A stretch of 64,000 nucleotides of DNA from an uncultured Acidobacteriota bacterium (lineage in GTDB: Bacteria; Acidobacteriota; Thermoanaerobaculia; Gp7-AA8): assembly GCA_963741955.1 (NCBI GenBank), contig CAVUKB010000013.1, positions 1 to 64,000 on the forward strand. The letters are read 5' to 3'. The position numbers were made by a program, and so were the translations under genes. How positions within the stretch are numbered: position 1 is the first letter of the stretch; every line of letters starts with the position of its first letter. A model generated the notes under the pieces. The model was not told the DNA's origin. It did not search any database and worked only from the letters and a program-made list of their open reading frames with translations. Shown here one piece after another: positions 10,184 to 20,200 of this stretch.

Positions 10184-11455
10184 CTACGTGTAACGCAACC
10201 ATCGCACCAGCTCGGGAATCGTCGGCTTCTTGCCGTACATCAGAATCCCGACCCGGTAAATCTTCGCGACGATCCAGATCATCAGGAAGATGGTAGCGAG
10301 CATTATAACTACGGAAAGTCCGATCTGCCACATCGGCGGCGTCTGGGCCGCAATTCTCATGTACATGAGGATCGGGGTGAAGAACGGAAAGAGAGAAAGG
10401 ACCGTGGCGAGGGTCCCGTTCGGGTTTTTCAGCACCGGCATGAGGAGCATCATCGGGATGATGATCAGCATCTGAGGAAGCATCGCCATCTGCTGGGCGT
10501 CCTCGTCGGAGTTGAACATCGAGCCGATCCCGGCGTAGATGGTGGCGTAGAGGAAGTAGCCGAGGAGGAAGTAGACCGGGAAGAACGCGAGCATGGTTCC
10601 GTTGATCGCCGGCTTGAAGTCCTTGGAGATGGCGAACATCGTCGCGATCTGAGGGGCGGTGAGCGCGACGGCGCAGAGGAGCCAGATCGCGATCTGGGTC
10701 AGACCCACCGCTCCGATCCCGACGATCTTTCCCATCATCAGCTGGAACGGCTTGACGGTCGAGACGATCACTTCGACGATCCGGTTCGACTTCTCCTCCA
10801 GCACTCCGCGGAGGACGTAGATCCCGTAGAAGATGAGAGCGAAGTAGACGAACATCACCAGGGCGAAGCTCATGAAGAAGGCGGTGATGCCGCTCTCCTT
10901 CTTCGAGGCGTCATTGGTCGCCTTCTGGACGTCGAAGTCGATCCGCCTGGTGGCCGCTTCGACGGCTGCGGGCGCGAGCCCCGCGTGCATCAGCCGGTAG
11001 CGCGTGATCGCCTCGCGGACGTTCGCTCGCAGCATGTCGGCTCCGATGATGCTGGAGGGATTCCGGGCGAAGTAGACGACCTTCCCGCTCTCGAGCGCCT
11101 TCGAATCGATGATGTAGTACCCCTGGATCGTCCCTTTCGCCGCGAGGTTGTTCAGATCGTGGCGCGCCTTGTCGAGCGAGCGGCCGGAGAGCTCCTCTTT
11201 CTCCAGAGGCGGCACGAGTCCGGCCGACTTGTCCTCCTTTTCCGTCACATCGCGGAGGATCGGGTAGAAGTCGCCGGTGGTGTCGACCACGCGAACCGGT
11301 TCGGGACTCGCCTTCGCCTTCGCGGTCAGGAGAGGAGGAATGATGGTGAAGCCGGCGGTGATCAGCGGGAAGAGCGCGGTGGTGATCCAGAAGCCTTTGG
11401 TCAGAACGCGCGTGAGGTACTCGCGTTTCATGATTGCCCAGATGGGTGATCGCAT
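10184..11455 (-). CDS. ABC-2 type transporter permease (NatB/YhaP-like)
   Basis: 'IMKREY', 'LEEKSNRIVEVIVS..KPFQLMMGKIVG', 'LSLFPFFTP', 'KIYRVGILMYG'. Confidence 0.9.
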   Translation of the reverse strand: MRSPIWAIMKREYLTRVLTKGFWITTALFPLITAGFTIIPPLLTAKAKASPEPVRVVDTTGDFYPILRDVTEKEDKSAGLVPPLEKEELSGRSLDKARHDLNNLAAKGTIQGYYIIDSKALESGKVVYFARNPSSIIGADMLRANVREAITRYRLMHAGLAPAAVEAATRRIDFDVQKATNDASKKESGITAFFMSFALVMFVYFALIFYGIYVLRGVLEEKSNRIVEVIVSTVKPFQLMMGKIVGIGAVGLTQIAIWLLCAVALTAPQIATMFAISKDFKPAINGTMLAFFPVYFLLGYFLYATIYAGIGSMFNSDEDAQQMAMLPQMLIIIPMMLLMPVLKNPNGTLATVLSLFPFFTPILMYMRIAAQTPPMWQIGLSVVIMLATIFLMIWIVAKIYRVGILMYGKKPTIPELVRWLRYT

Positions 11456-12441
11456 CAGGCCCTCCCTTCCATTGCAGCGGCGTGTACCGGATCGCCGCTG
11501 ACGGCCCGGACGAAGATCTCGTCTAGGGACATCTCGTACCGGGCGACGCTCTCGATTTCGTACCGGCTCGCAGCCTGACGGAGGAACGCGGAGACGCGAT
11601 AGCCGGGCACGAGGTCGATCTCGAGTTGCCCATCCTCCTGTCTGACCGCGACGAGACCTTCGAGTCCCTCCAGCGCGGAGCCCTGGCCCTCACCACGGAT
11701 CACGAGACGATTCCCGGAGAAGCGGCGTTTGATGTCGGCGATGGCCCCCTCCAGCACGAGCCTGGAGCGGTTGATCAGCGCGATCTCGTCGCAGATCTTC
11801 TCCGCCTGCTCCATGACGTGGGTCGAGAGGATGACGGTCTTCCCGCGGTCGCGGTACTCGAGAAGTGTCTCTTTGAGGATCCGTGTGTTCACCGGGTCGA
11901 GTCCGGAGAACGGCTCGTCGAGAATCAGCACTTCGGGCTCGTGAATCGCGCAGCCGATGAACTGGATCTTCTGCTGCATTCCCTTGGAGAGCTCTTCGAC
12001 TTTTTTGTTCTGCCACTCACCGAGGTCGAATTTCTCGAGCCATTCGAGCGACCGCTTCTTCGCGGTCGCACGGTCGAGGCCTCGAATCTCGCCGAGAAAG
12101 ACGAGATGGTCCATGACCTTCATTTTCCGGTACAGCCCGCGCTCCTCGGGGAGATATCCGATCAGCCGCGACGCGACTTCGGTGCTCGGCTGGCCGAGGA
12201 TCCGTATCTCGCCCGAATCGGGCATGGTGATGTTCATGATCATGCGGATGGTGGTGGTCTTCCCGGCACCGTTGGGGCCGAGGAGTCCGAACACCGTTCC
12301 GGGTCGGACGTGGAACGAAACGTCGTTGACTGCGACGAATGTGTCGTAGCTCTTGGTCACGCCGCGCACGTCGATGGCGGGGGTCGAGTCGTTCACCAGA
12401 TCTCCTTGCCGTTGGCTGGCGGTGGTGTTTCGATCATTCAC
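11455..12441 (-). CDS. ABC transporter ATP-binding protein (NatA/YhaQ-like)
   Basis: Walker A GPNGAGKTT, LSKGMQQK, ILDEPFSGLDP; the true start may be the GTG near 12396. Confidence 0.92.
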   Translation of the reverse strand: MNDRNTTASQRQGDLVNDSTPAIDVRGVTKSYDTFVAVNDVSFHVRPGTVFGLLGPNGAGKTTTIRMIMNITMPDSGEIRILGQPSTEVASRLIGYLPEERGLYRKMKVMDHLVFLGEIRGLDRATAKKRSLEWLEKFDLGEWQNKKVEELSKGMQQKIQFIGCAIHEPEVLILDEPFSGLDPVNTRILKETLLEYRDRGKTVILSTHVMEQAEKICDEIALINRSRLVLEGAIADIKRRFSGNRLVIRGEGQGSALEGLEGLVAVRQEDGQLEIDLVPGYRVSAFLRQAASRYEIESVARYEMSLDEIFVRAVSGDPVHAAAMEGRA

Positions 12442-12554
12442 TTACGGAAGAGTCGGACGCGAGTTTACGTCCGCGACCGGATCGCGTCTACTGACGATGT
12501 ACCCGGAACGGGGGAAAGGTGACTAGGACTTCGGGGAGAATTTCGGAATGGCTC

Positions 12555-12712
12555 CGAGGGGTGCGCGAAGCGTGTCGTACGCCACGAAGACCGTTCCCCG
12601 CGGGTTCCGCGCCGCGTCTTCCCGAACAGCGCTCCGCCTCTCCCATCGCCTTCGTCTCGGTCCGCTCCGAACTCGATCTTCGCGGCGGATCAGAGGATCC
12701 GCGCCCCTCGGC
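12555..12712. repeat. Solo, diverged copy of the REP doublet/core
   Basis: CCGAGGGGTGCG... and GCTCCGCCTCTCCC...CGCGGCGGATCAGAGGATCCGCGCCCCTCGG. Confidence 0.7.
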
Positions 12713-12821
12713 TCGTCCGGCTTGCGCGGTCGCGCGGCTGGGGTTAGAATGCGCGACCGCTCCGCCGGAAATGCGGAATTCGCACCGGGACCTCAGGGTT
12801 GAACGTGCCGTCGTGAACGAA

Positions 12822-12898
12822 GCACCCATAGCTTAATTGGATAGAGCATCTGACTACGGATCAGAAGGTTCGAGGTTCGAGTCCTCGTGGGTGCACCA
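12822..12898 (+). tRNA. tRNA-Arg (anticodon ACG)
   Basis: TCTGA-CTACGGA-TCAGA anticodon arm, T-arm, CCA. Confidence 0.97.
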
Positions 12899-12966
12899 AT
12901 CCGAATCCGAGATCGAGCGGCGGGCTCACCGGGCCCGCCTTCGTGTTCTTTGAGAAACTGTCGGTG

Positions 12967-13434
12967 ATGAGTGAGCGTGACTGGATGGAGGAAGCGCTCG
13001 TCCTCGCCCGCCAGGCGGGAGACGAGGGCGAGGTTCCGATCGGCGCGGTGATCGTCGACGCGGACGGGAAGATCATCGGACGTGGCCGGAACCGGCGCGA
13101 AGCGGGTGATCCACTCGGCCATGCCGAGATCGAGGCGATCCGGGAAGCGGCTGCGGCCGCAGGCGACTGGCGCCTGAGCGGGACCACGATGGTGGTGACG
13201 CTCGAGCCGTGTGCCATGTGTGCCGGAGCGATCGTCAACGCCCGGATCGACCGTCTGATCTTCGCCGCACCCGATCCGAAGGCCGGCTTCTGCGGCTCGC
13301 TCGGCAATCTGGTGCAGGATCCGCGTCTGAACCACCGCGTTCTCCTCGAGCAGGGACTCTGCGAAGAAGAGTCGCGCGCGCTGCTGCAGGCCTTCTTCCG
13401 CGGTCTCCGCGGGAGGAAATTCACCACCGAATGA
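12967..13434 (+). CDS. tadA: tRNA adenosine(34) deaminase
   Basis: 'EVPIGAVIV', 'HAEIEAI', 'TLEPCAMCAGA' and 'NH' motifs. Confidence 0.95.
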   Translation: MSERDWMEEALVLARQAGDEGEVPIGAVIVDADGKIIGRGRNRREAGDPLGHAEIEAIREAAAAAGDWRLSGTTMVVTLEPCAMCAGAIVNARIDRLIFAAPDPKAGFCGSLGNLVQDPRLNHRVLLEQGLCEEESRALLQAFFRGLRGRKFTTE

Positions 13435-13473
13435 GCACCGTTGTACGCCAGCGGTGCAGCAGTCCGAGACTGC

Positions 13474-13566
13474 GGAGAGATGGCAGAGCGGTTGAATGCG
13501 GCGGTCTCGAAAACCGTTGTACCGGTAACCCCGGTACCGAGGGTTCGAATCCCTCTCTCTCCGCCA
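13474..13566 (+). tRNA. tRNA-Ser (anticodon CGA)
   Basis: GCGGT-CTCGAAA-ACCGT anticodon arm, long variable arm, CCA. Confidence 0.96.
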
Positions 13567-13634
13567 CTTTCGACCATGAACGGGCCGCCCGGCGCGGCCG
13601 GAGCTCTTTGTCAGAACGAGTCGTTCCCGAGCGC

Positions 13635-13725
13635 GGAGAGATGTCCGAGTGGCTTAAGGAGCACGCTTGGAAAGCGTGTGTGCGGTAACCCCGTACCGTG
13701 GGTTCGAATCCCACTCTCTCCGCCA
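13635..13725 (+). tRNA. tRNA-Ser (anticodon GGA)
   Basis: CACGC-TTGGAAA-GCGTG anticodon arm, long variable arm, CCA. Confidence 0.96.
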
Positions 13726-13793
13726 ATTTTCGGGAGACGGAACGGCGCGGGGCATCGCGTTGTTCTGAACCGGTACGAGCTCCATTCCCGATT

Positions 13794-13916
13794 CTCCTCT
13801 GGGATGAGCTCGGGTCCTGTGCAGCAGGACGATCGAACCTCGTCAGGTCCGGAAGGAAGCAGCGATAAGATCGCAACCCTGTGTGCCGCAGTCAACCTGA
13901 GCTCTTCCCAGCGGAG
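13794..13916 (+). ncRNA. ffs: Signal recognition particle RNA (small, 4.5S type)
   Basis: Conserved TCAGGTCCGGAAGGAAGCAGC domain IV, long closing stem, typical position upstream of dnaX. Confidence 0.92.
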
Positions 13917-13979
13917 AAACGATCCTCCGGGCAGGCCCCTCTTTTCACGTCGCGCCGCGCCCTGTAACCTGTCGCCCAA

Positions 13980-15644
13980 ATGAGCTATCAGGCACTCGCC
14001 CGCAAATGGCGGCCGCAAACGTTCGCGGACATCATCGGTCAGCAGACCCTGGTCCGGACGCTGAAGAACGCGATCGAGCAGCAACGCATCCACCACGCCT
14101 ACCTCTTTTCCGGAGTCCGCGGCATCGGGAAGACGACTGCCGCCCGGATTTTCGCGAAGGCGATCAACTGCGCCCACGGTCCGACCGCGGAACCGTGCAA
14201 CGAATGCACGATCTGCCGCGAGATCACCGAAGGGATCGACCTCGACGTCCGCGAGATCGACGCCGCGACCTACACCCAGGTCGAGAACGTGCGCGAGCTC
14301 CGCGAGATCACCCAGTTCCAGCCGGCGCGCGACCGGAAGCGGATCTTCATCATCGATGAAGCGCACATGCTCTCCAACTCGGCGTGGAACGCGCTGCTCA
14401 AGCTGATCGAGGAGCCGCCGCCGCACGTCATCTTCATGATGGCGACCACCGAGATGCACAAGGTGCCCGCGACCATCCTTTCGCGCGTCCAGCAGTTCGC
14501 ACTCCGGAAGATCACCCCCGACGACGTCCTCGGCCGGCTCGAAGAGATCTGCGCGAAGGAAGGGATCGAGGCGGAGCGCGAAGCGCTTCAGATCATCGCC
14601 AGGCGTGGCGAAGGAAGCGTTCGCGATTCCATTTCCCTCCTCGATCAGATCATCGCGTTCAGCGGCCGGGAGGTGACGGTCGCCAAGGTCGCGGACATCC
14701 TCGGGCTCTCCGACAATCACCTCTTCGCGACGCTGACGGAACGGATCACCGAGGGAGACCATGCCGGCATTCTCGAAGCGATCGAGGAAGCCGCCGAGCG
14801 CGGTCGCGACTTCCGCCTTCTCTTCCGCGATCTTCTCGCGTACCTGCGCAATCTTCTCCTTCTCTGCAGTGGAGCGGGCGACGCACTGGTGCGCACGGAT
14901 TCCGCGGAGGAGCTCGAAAAGCTGAGAGAAGCCGCGGCGCAGTTCGACTATTCGGAGCTGCTGCGGATTCTGAATCTCCTCCTGCGGGAAGACGAGCTGG
15001 TGACCCGGTCCGAGCAGCAGCGGCTCGCGGTGGAGGTCGCGCTTCTGAAGGCGGCAACGCTTCCGAGACTCCGGGCGGTGGAAGACGTTCTGGCGGGGGG
15101 GGGAGCGGCCGGGGGAGCGCATGGCGCGGCCGGGGGGAAGCAGTCCGGCGCGGGACGCCGGCCTGCTTCGTTCGAGACGAACGACCCACAACGCCGGCCC
15201 CCATCGGGCGGGAAGAACGACCCACAACGCCGGCCTGCATCGGGCGGGAAGAACGAGCGACAAGGCTCGCCTGCATCGGCCGGCGGCGACCTCGCCACGA
15301 CGGTCATCTCGCGCGTGTTCGAAGAGCGGCGGATCACCGGGAGCTATCTGCGTCAGGCGAAGAGCGTGCGCGTGGACGACGGAGCGATCTCGTTCGAGTT
15401 CGACCCGGCGGACGGCTCGCTGCTCGAATATCTGACCGGCGCCGAACAGCAGGAACTGATCCGGAAAGTCGCATCGGAGGTCGCTGGAAAACCGATGGCG
15501 GTCCGCTTCGAGACGGGGGATGCACCTGAAGGAACGGCAAAGGCGAAGCCGTCGCCGCTCGCAGAGGATCCGGTGGTCCAGGCATTCGCGAGACATCTCG
15601 GCGGTGAAGTCGTCCCGCCCAAGGGAACGAAGGAGACGCAATGA
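13980..15644 (+). CDS. dnaX: DNA polymerase III subunit gamma/tau
   Basis: '[15 protein letters not shown]', Walker A GIGKTT, Cys4 zinc module, 'IIDEAHML'. Confidence 0.97.
   Translation: MSYQALARKWRPQTFADIIGQQTLVRTLKNAIEQQRIHHAYLFSGVRGIGKTTAARIFAKAINCAHGPTAEPCNECTICREITEGIDLDVREIDAATYTQVENVRELREITQFQPARDRKRIFIIDEAHMLSNSAWNALLKLIEEPPPHVIFMMATTEMHKVPATILSRVQQFALRKITPDDVLGRLEEICAKEGIEAEREALQIIARRGEGSVRDSISLLDQIIAFSGREVTVAKVADILGLSDNHLFATLTERITEGDHAGILEAIEEAAERGRDFRLLFRDLLAYLRNLLLLCSGAGDALVRTDSAEELEKLREAAAQFDYSELLRILNLLLREDELVTRSEQQRLAVEVALLKAATLPRLRAVEDVLAGGGAAGGAHGAAGGKQSGAGRRPASFETNDPQRRPPSGGKNDPQRRPASGGKNERQGSPASAGGDLATTVISRVFEERRITGSYLRQAKSVRVDDGAISFEFDPADGSLLEYLTGAEQQELIRKVASEVAGKPMAVRFETGDAPEGTAKAKPSPLAEDPVVQAFARHLGGEVVPPKGTKETQ
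15156..15283 (+). repeat. In-frame 36-bp tandem repeat (3-4 copies) in the DnaX linker
   Basis: [36 protein letters not shown]. Confidence 0.8.
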
Positions 15645-15943
15645 ACATCAAGCAGATGATGAAGCAGGCACAGCAGATGCAGGCCCAGCTCCAGCAGAAG
15701 ATGGCCGACCTGCGCGTCGAAGGAACCGCAGGAGGCGGCATCGTCACTGCGGTGATGAGCGGCAGCAAAGAGCTCCTCGAGATCCGGATCGAGAAAGAGG
15801 CGGTCGATCCCGACGACGTCGAGATGCTGCAGGACCTCGTTCTCGCCGCAGTGAACGAAGCCTCCCGGAAAGTCGACGAGGAGATGCAGGGGCAGCTCGG
15901 AGGCCTGGCGGGCGGGATGGGACTCCCTCCGGGGATGTTCTGA
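15641..15943 (+). CDS. ybaB: Nucleoid-associated protein YbaB/EbfC
   Basis: 'MMKQAQQMQ', 'GGGIV', '[16 protein letters not shown]'; located between dnaX and recR. Confidence 0.95.
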   Translation: MNIKQMMKQAQQMQAQLQQKMADLRVEGTAGGGIVTAVMSGSKELLEIRIEKEAVDPDDVEMLQDLVLAAVNEASRKVDEEMQGQLGGLAGGMGLPPGMF

Positions 15944-15983
15944 GTCACCGCACCGATCCGACGAGAGAGAAGCCGAAAATTCG

Positions 15984-16577
15984 ATGACCGCTCCTCCACT
16001 GGCAAACCTGATCAACGAGCTGACCCGCCTCCCGGGTGTCGGTGCGAAGTCGGCCTCGCGGCTCGCGTACCACATCCTGAAACGGCCGGCGGTGGAAGCG
16101 GAGGCGCTCGCAGCGGCGATCCTCGACGTGAAGCAGAAGATCTTCCGCTGCTCGGTCTGCAACAACATGACGGACGTCGAACCGTGCGCGATCTGCAGCG
16201 ATCCGCGGAGAGACCCGTCGCTGGTCTGCGTGGTCGAGGAGGCGTTCAACATTCCGACCGTCGAGTCGACGCGGGAGTTCCGAGGCGTGTACCATGTGCT
16301 GCTCGGTGCTCTCTCTCCCCTGCGTGGAGTCGGGCCGGACGAGATCGACATTGCAGGACTGCTCCGGCGGGTGCGGGGCGGCGGCATCCGCGAGGTGATC
16401 ATCGCGACGAATCCGAACGTGGAGGGGGAGGCGACGGCGCATTACATCGCACAGCAACTCCGGCCGGACGGGCCTCGCGTGACGCGGCTCGCGTTCGGGC
16501 TCCCGGTCGGTGGGGATCTCGAATACGCCGATCAGGTGACGATGTCGAAGGCGCTGGAAGGACGACGTGAGATCTGA
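15984..16577 (+). CDS. recR: Recombination mediator RecR
   Basis: 'LPGVGAKSA', C4 zinc finger, 'YHVLLG.LSP', '[12 protein letters not shown]'. Confidence 0.97.
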   Translation: MTAPPLANLINELTRLPGVGAKSASRLAYHILKRPAVEAEALAAAILDVKQKIFRCSVCNNMTDVEPCAICSDPRRDPSLVCVVEEAFNIPTVESTREFRGVYHVLLGALSPLRGVGPDEIDIAGLLRRVRGGGIREVIIATNPNVEGEATAHYIAQQLRPDGPRVTRLAFGLPVGGDLEYADQVTMSKALEGRREI

Positions 16578-16693
16578 CCTCCCGACCGGATGGTCGAGCG
16601 GATGTCGAGGAGAGGAGTGGATGGTTCTTCTTCCTCCCCCTCTTCCTCTATGTTATACACTGTTTCTCAAATCGCCGCGTACGGTGCAAATGA

Positions 16694-17194
16694 ATGGCTT
16701 CTCCTGACTTAGTGATGTACGAGGAGGAGTACCAGCAGATCAAGGAGATCATCTCTCGACTGCAACGGGACTCCAACTCCAAAATCGTCTTCCTCGTCGA
16801 CAAGAACGGGCAGCAGATCGCCGTGCATGGCGATATGCACGGGGTCGACGCGACATCGCTGGCATCGCTGACCGCCGGAAATGTCGCGGCGACGGACGGG
16901 CTGGCGAAGTTGATCGGCGAGAAGGAATTCTCGATCCTTTTCCACGAGGGCGAACGCGACAACATCCACATCTCACTGGTTGCTCAACGTGTGATCCTGG
17001 TCGTGATCTTCGATGACAAGTCGTCCCTGGGGCTGGTGAGACTGCGCGTGAAGAAGGCTTCGCAGGAGCTCGAGAAGGTGTTCGAGACGATCCTGCAGAA
17101 AGCGGAGATGGAGAAGGGGGCGGCCTCCGGGCGCTTCGAGTCACCTTTCGCGGAGATCACGGATGAGGACATCGACAGCCTCTTCAGCGAGTGA
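16694..17194 (+). CDS. mglB: Roadblock/LC7 protein MglB (GAP of MglA)
   Basis: 'LVDKNGQQIA', 'TSLASLTAGNVAA', 'SSLGLVRLRVKKA', 'FAEITDEDID'. Confidence 0.93.
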   Translation: MASPDLVMYEEEYQQIKEIISRLQRDSNSKIVFLVDKNGQQIAVHGDMHGVDATSLASLTAGNVAATDGLAKLIGEKEFSILFHEGERDNIHISLVAQRVILVVIFDDKSSLGLVRLRVKKASQELEKVFETILQKAEMEKGAASGRFESPFAEITDEDIDSLFSE

Positions 17195-17258
17195 TTCACG
17201 CCTTCGCTTCGGGATCACAATCCGGTCAGGCCGACTTCGGGGAAACGGGTAACGCAAC

Positions 17259-17843
17259 GTGACGTTCATCAACTACGCAGCGCGTGAGATCAACTGCAAG
17301 ATCGTCTACTACGGTCCGGGCCTGTGCGGCAAAACGACCAATCTGCAGTGGATCTACGACAAGACGAATCCTCAGGCGAAGGGAAAACTGATCTCCCTGG
17401 CGACCGAGACGGATCGGACCCTCTTCTTCGACTTCCTCCCCCTCGACCTCGGGACGGTCCGCGGGTTCAAGACCCGCTTCCATCTCTACACCGTCCCAGG
17501 CCAGGTCTTCTACGACGCATCGCGGAAACTGATCCTGAAGGGGGTCGACGGCGTGGTGTTCGTCGCCGATTCGCAGGAAGCGCGTATGGAAGCGAACGTC
17601 GAATCGCTGCAGAACCTGGACAAGAATCTCGCCGAACAGGGCTACGAGCTCAAGACCGTCCCGTACGTTCTGCAGTTGAACAAGCGCGATCTTCCGACCG
17701 CACTCCCGACCGATGAGATGTACCGGACGCTCAACTTCAAGGGTGAGCCGACCTACGAAGCGGTGGCGATGAACGGGACGGGGGTGTTCGACACGCTGAA
17801 GGCGGTCGCGAAGCTGGTCCTCACGGAGCTGAAGAAGAAGTGA
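17259..17843 (+). CDS. mglA: Ras-like small GTPase MglA
   Basis: '[21 protein letters not shown]', 'RTLFFDFLP', 'TVPGQ', 'NKRD'. Confidence 0.96.
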   Translation: MTFINYAAREINCKIVYYGPGLCGKTTNLQWIYDKTNPQAKGKLISLATETDRTLFFDFLPLDLGTVRGFKTRFHLYTVPGQVFYDASRKLILKGVDGVVFVADSQEARMEANVESLQNLDKNLAEQGYELKTVPYVLQLNKRDLPTALPTDEMYRTLNFKGEPTYEAVAMNGTGVFDTLKAVAKLVLTELKKK

Positions 17844-17847
17844 GGGT

Positions 17848-19008
17848 GGATTCCGGATTCGGAGCTCGGATTTCGGATTTGCTCCGCTGCTGCTGAGAGT
17901 GCTCTCTCGATCCGCTCCGAACGACGATTTCCGCGGCGGATCGGAGGATCCGCACCCCTCGGCGGTCCTGGGCGGGTTCTCAAATCTCCCAAATGAAATG
18001 GTGATCGGAGTCCGGATCCGCGGCTACGCAAGGTTTCAGGGAAGAGACGCCCGTTCGAGCTTTATAGCGAATGCTTCTGCCACGGGTATCGTCTCGAACC
18101 GCTTCGAACGCGAGTCGCGCGGCGGATCGGAGGATCCGCACCCCTCGGCGCGAACGTGAGTCGCTGGTGATCGGAGGATCCGCGCCCCTCGGCGTCAGCA
18201 GGCGGGTTTTCAAATCGCGCAAATGAAATCGCTGTCGAAGGCACGAACTGCACCGGCCACGGAAACGGTTCGGAAGAAAGACGCCCGTTCGGTCGATGGG
18301 CAATTCGCGCAAATGGAATCGTGATCGGAGTCCGGATCTCTCAGGCTACGCAAGCGTTCTCAGGGAAGAGACGCCCGTTCGAGCTATAGCAAATGCTTCT
18401 GCCGCAGGTGTCCTCTCGATCCGCTTCGAACGAGAGTCGCGCGGCGGATCGGAGGATCCGCACCCCTCGGCGTCAGCAGGCGGGTTTTCAAATCGCGCAA
18501 ATGAAATCGCTGTCGAAGGCACGAACTGCACCGGCCACGGAAACGGTTCGGAAGAAAGACGCCCGTTCGGTCGATGGGCAATTCGCGCAAATGGAATCGT
18601 GATCGGAGTCCGGATCTCTCAGGCTACGCAAGCGTTCTCAGGGAAGAGACGCCCGTTCGAGCTATAGCAAATGCTTCTGCCACAGGTGTCCTCTCGAACC
18701 GCTTCGAACATGAGTCGCGCGGCGGATCGGAGGATCCGCGCCCCTCGGCGTGAACGAGAGTCGCGCGGCGGATCGGAGGATCCGCACCCCTCGGCGTTAG
18801 CAGGCGGGTTTTCAAATCGCGCAAATGAAGTCGCTGTCGAAGTCACGAACTGCACCGGCCACGGAAACGGTTCGGAAGAAAGACGCCCGTTCGGTCGATG
18901 GGCAAATCGCGCAAATGGAATCGTGATCGGAGTCCGGATCTCTCGGGCTACGCAAGCGTTCTCAGGGAAGAGACGCCCGTTCGAGCTATGGCAAATGTTT
19001 CTGCCGCC
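17848..19008. repeat. Tandem array 3 (periods 278 and 324 bp; core, REP and a ~180-bp dimeric module)
   Basis: T(C/T)AGCAGGCGGGTTTTCAAATCGCGC at 18195, 18473 and 18797; a shorter, diverged first unit at ~17880-18190. Confidence 0.95.
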
Positions 19009-19029
19009 CTCCGGGTATACTCTCCCGTC

Positions 19030-20067
19030 ATGCGCCTGTCCGGCCTCAACATCGTCGCGATCGGAGGCGGCACCGGGCTCTCGACCCTTCTTCGCGGCCT
19101 CAAACGCTACGTCGGAAGCGATGGCCCGTGGGCCATCGACCGCCTCGCTGCGATCGTCACGGTGACCGACGAAGGGGGGAGCTCCGGGATCCTCAGGAAG
19201 GAGCTCGGGATGCTGCCTCCGGGAGACATCCGGAACTGCATCGTCGCGCTCGCGGAGGAGGAACAGCTTCTTTCGCGGCTGTTCGATTTCCGGTTCGAGT
19301 CGGACTCGACCCTCAAAGGGACATTCACTCGGCAACCTTCTGCTCGCCGCGATGACAAGCATCACCGGCGGATTCGAAGAGGCGATCCTCGCTGCCTCGG
19401 AGGTTCTCGCGATCCGAGGAGAGATCTACCCATCGACTCTTTCGGACGTCCGTCTTCGGGCGACCTGCTCCGACGGGACGGAGCTCGTCGGCGAGACTGC
19501 GATCAGCGGTGATCCTCTCCGCCATGCGCAGGCTCCCGAGCATGCCCGCATCGTGCACCTCGGCATCGATCCCGCCGACGCCGAGCCGGTGGAACGTGCG
19601 CTCGAAGCGATCGACGGAGCCGATCTCGTCCTGATCGGGCCGGGCTCCCTCTACACCTCGATTCTTCCGAATCTCGCGATCCAGAAGGTCGCCGCCGCGA
19701 TCCGGAACTCGAGAGCTCTCCGCGTCTACATCTGCAACGTCATGACCCAGACCGGGGAGACGGACGGGTATAGCGCCGAGGATCATTTGAGTGCGATCAT
19801 CGAACATGCGGGACTGGTGGTGGATTCGATGATCATCAACGGCCGCCGCCCTTCGGAAGTCGGTCGTCGAGGCATACAAATCGCACAACCAGTATCCGGT
19901 GGAGTTCGACGTCAACGCGATCCGCGAGCTCGGAGTCACACCGTTCTTCGGCGACGTCATCTCCGAAGGGAAACCTCGTGCGACACGATCCGGACGGACT
20001 CGCCGACGCGATCTTCCGTCTGTACGATCGCTACGGCCGGAGCCGGGAACGGATGAAAGGCATCTGA
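19030..20067 (+). CDS. yvcK: YvcK/GlmR (CofD-related, UPF0052) protein, apparent frameshifts near 19320, 19865 and 19970
   Basis: '[16 protein letters not shown]', 'VTDEGGSSG', 'PPGDIRN', '[14 protein letters not shown]', 'CNVMTQ.GET', 'RHDPD.LA'. Confidence 0.9.
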
Positions 20068-20184
20068 TATTAATTATCTGTTATCTTTTATTTCTATCGT
20101 TTATTTTATCGTTTAACCGCATTGATTCTCCGATTGATTTACACGATATTAGATGCATATATTAGATACTAGATTACCAGATGC
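20060..20184. repeat. AT-rich inverted heptamer element B
   Basis: Begins GCATCTGATAT..TTATCTGTTATC and ends TAGATACTAGAT..CAGATGC; termini match element A. Confidence 0.75.
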
Positions 20185-20200
20185 ATTCTGGAGGGACTCG

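Noticed and set aside
20060-20184. AT-rich TTATC tracts as oriC/DnaA boxes
   Set aside because: There are no TTATCCACA boxes, three similar copies exist, and the parS/mnmE position suggests oriC lies beyond the right edge.
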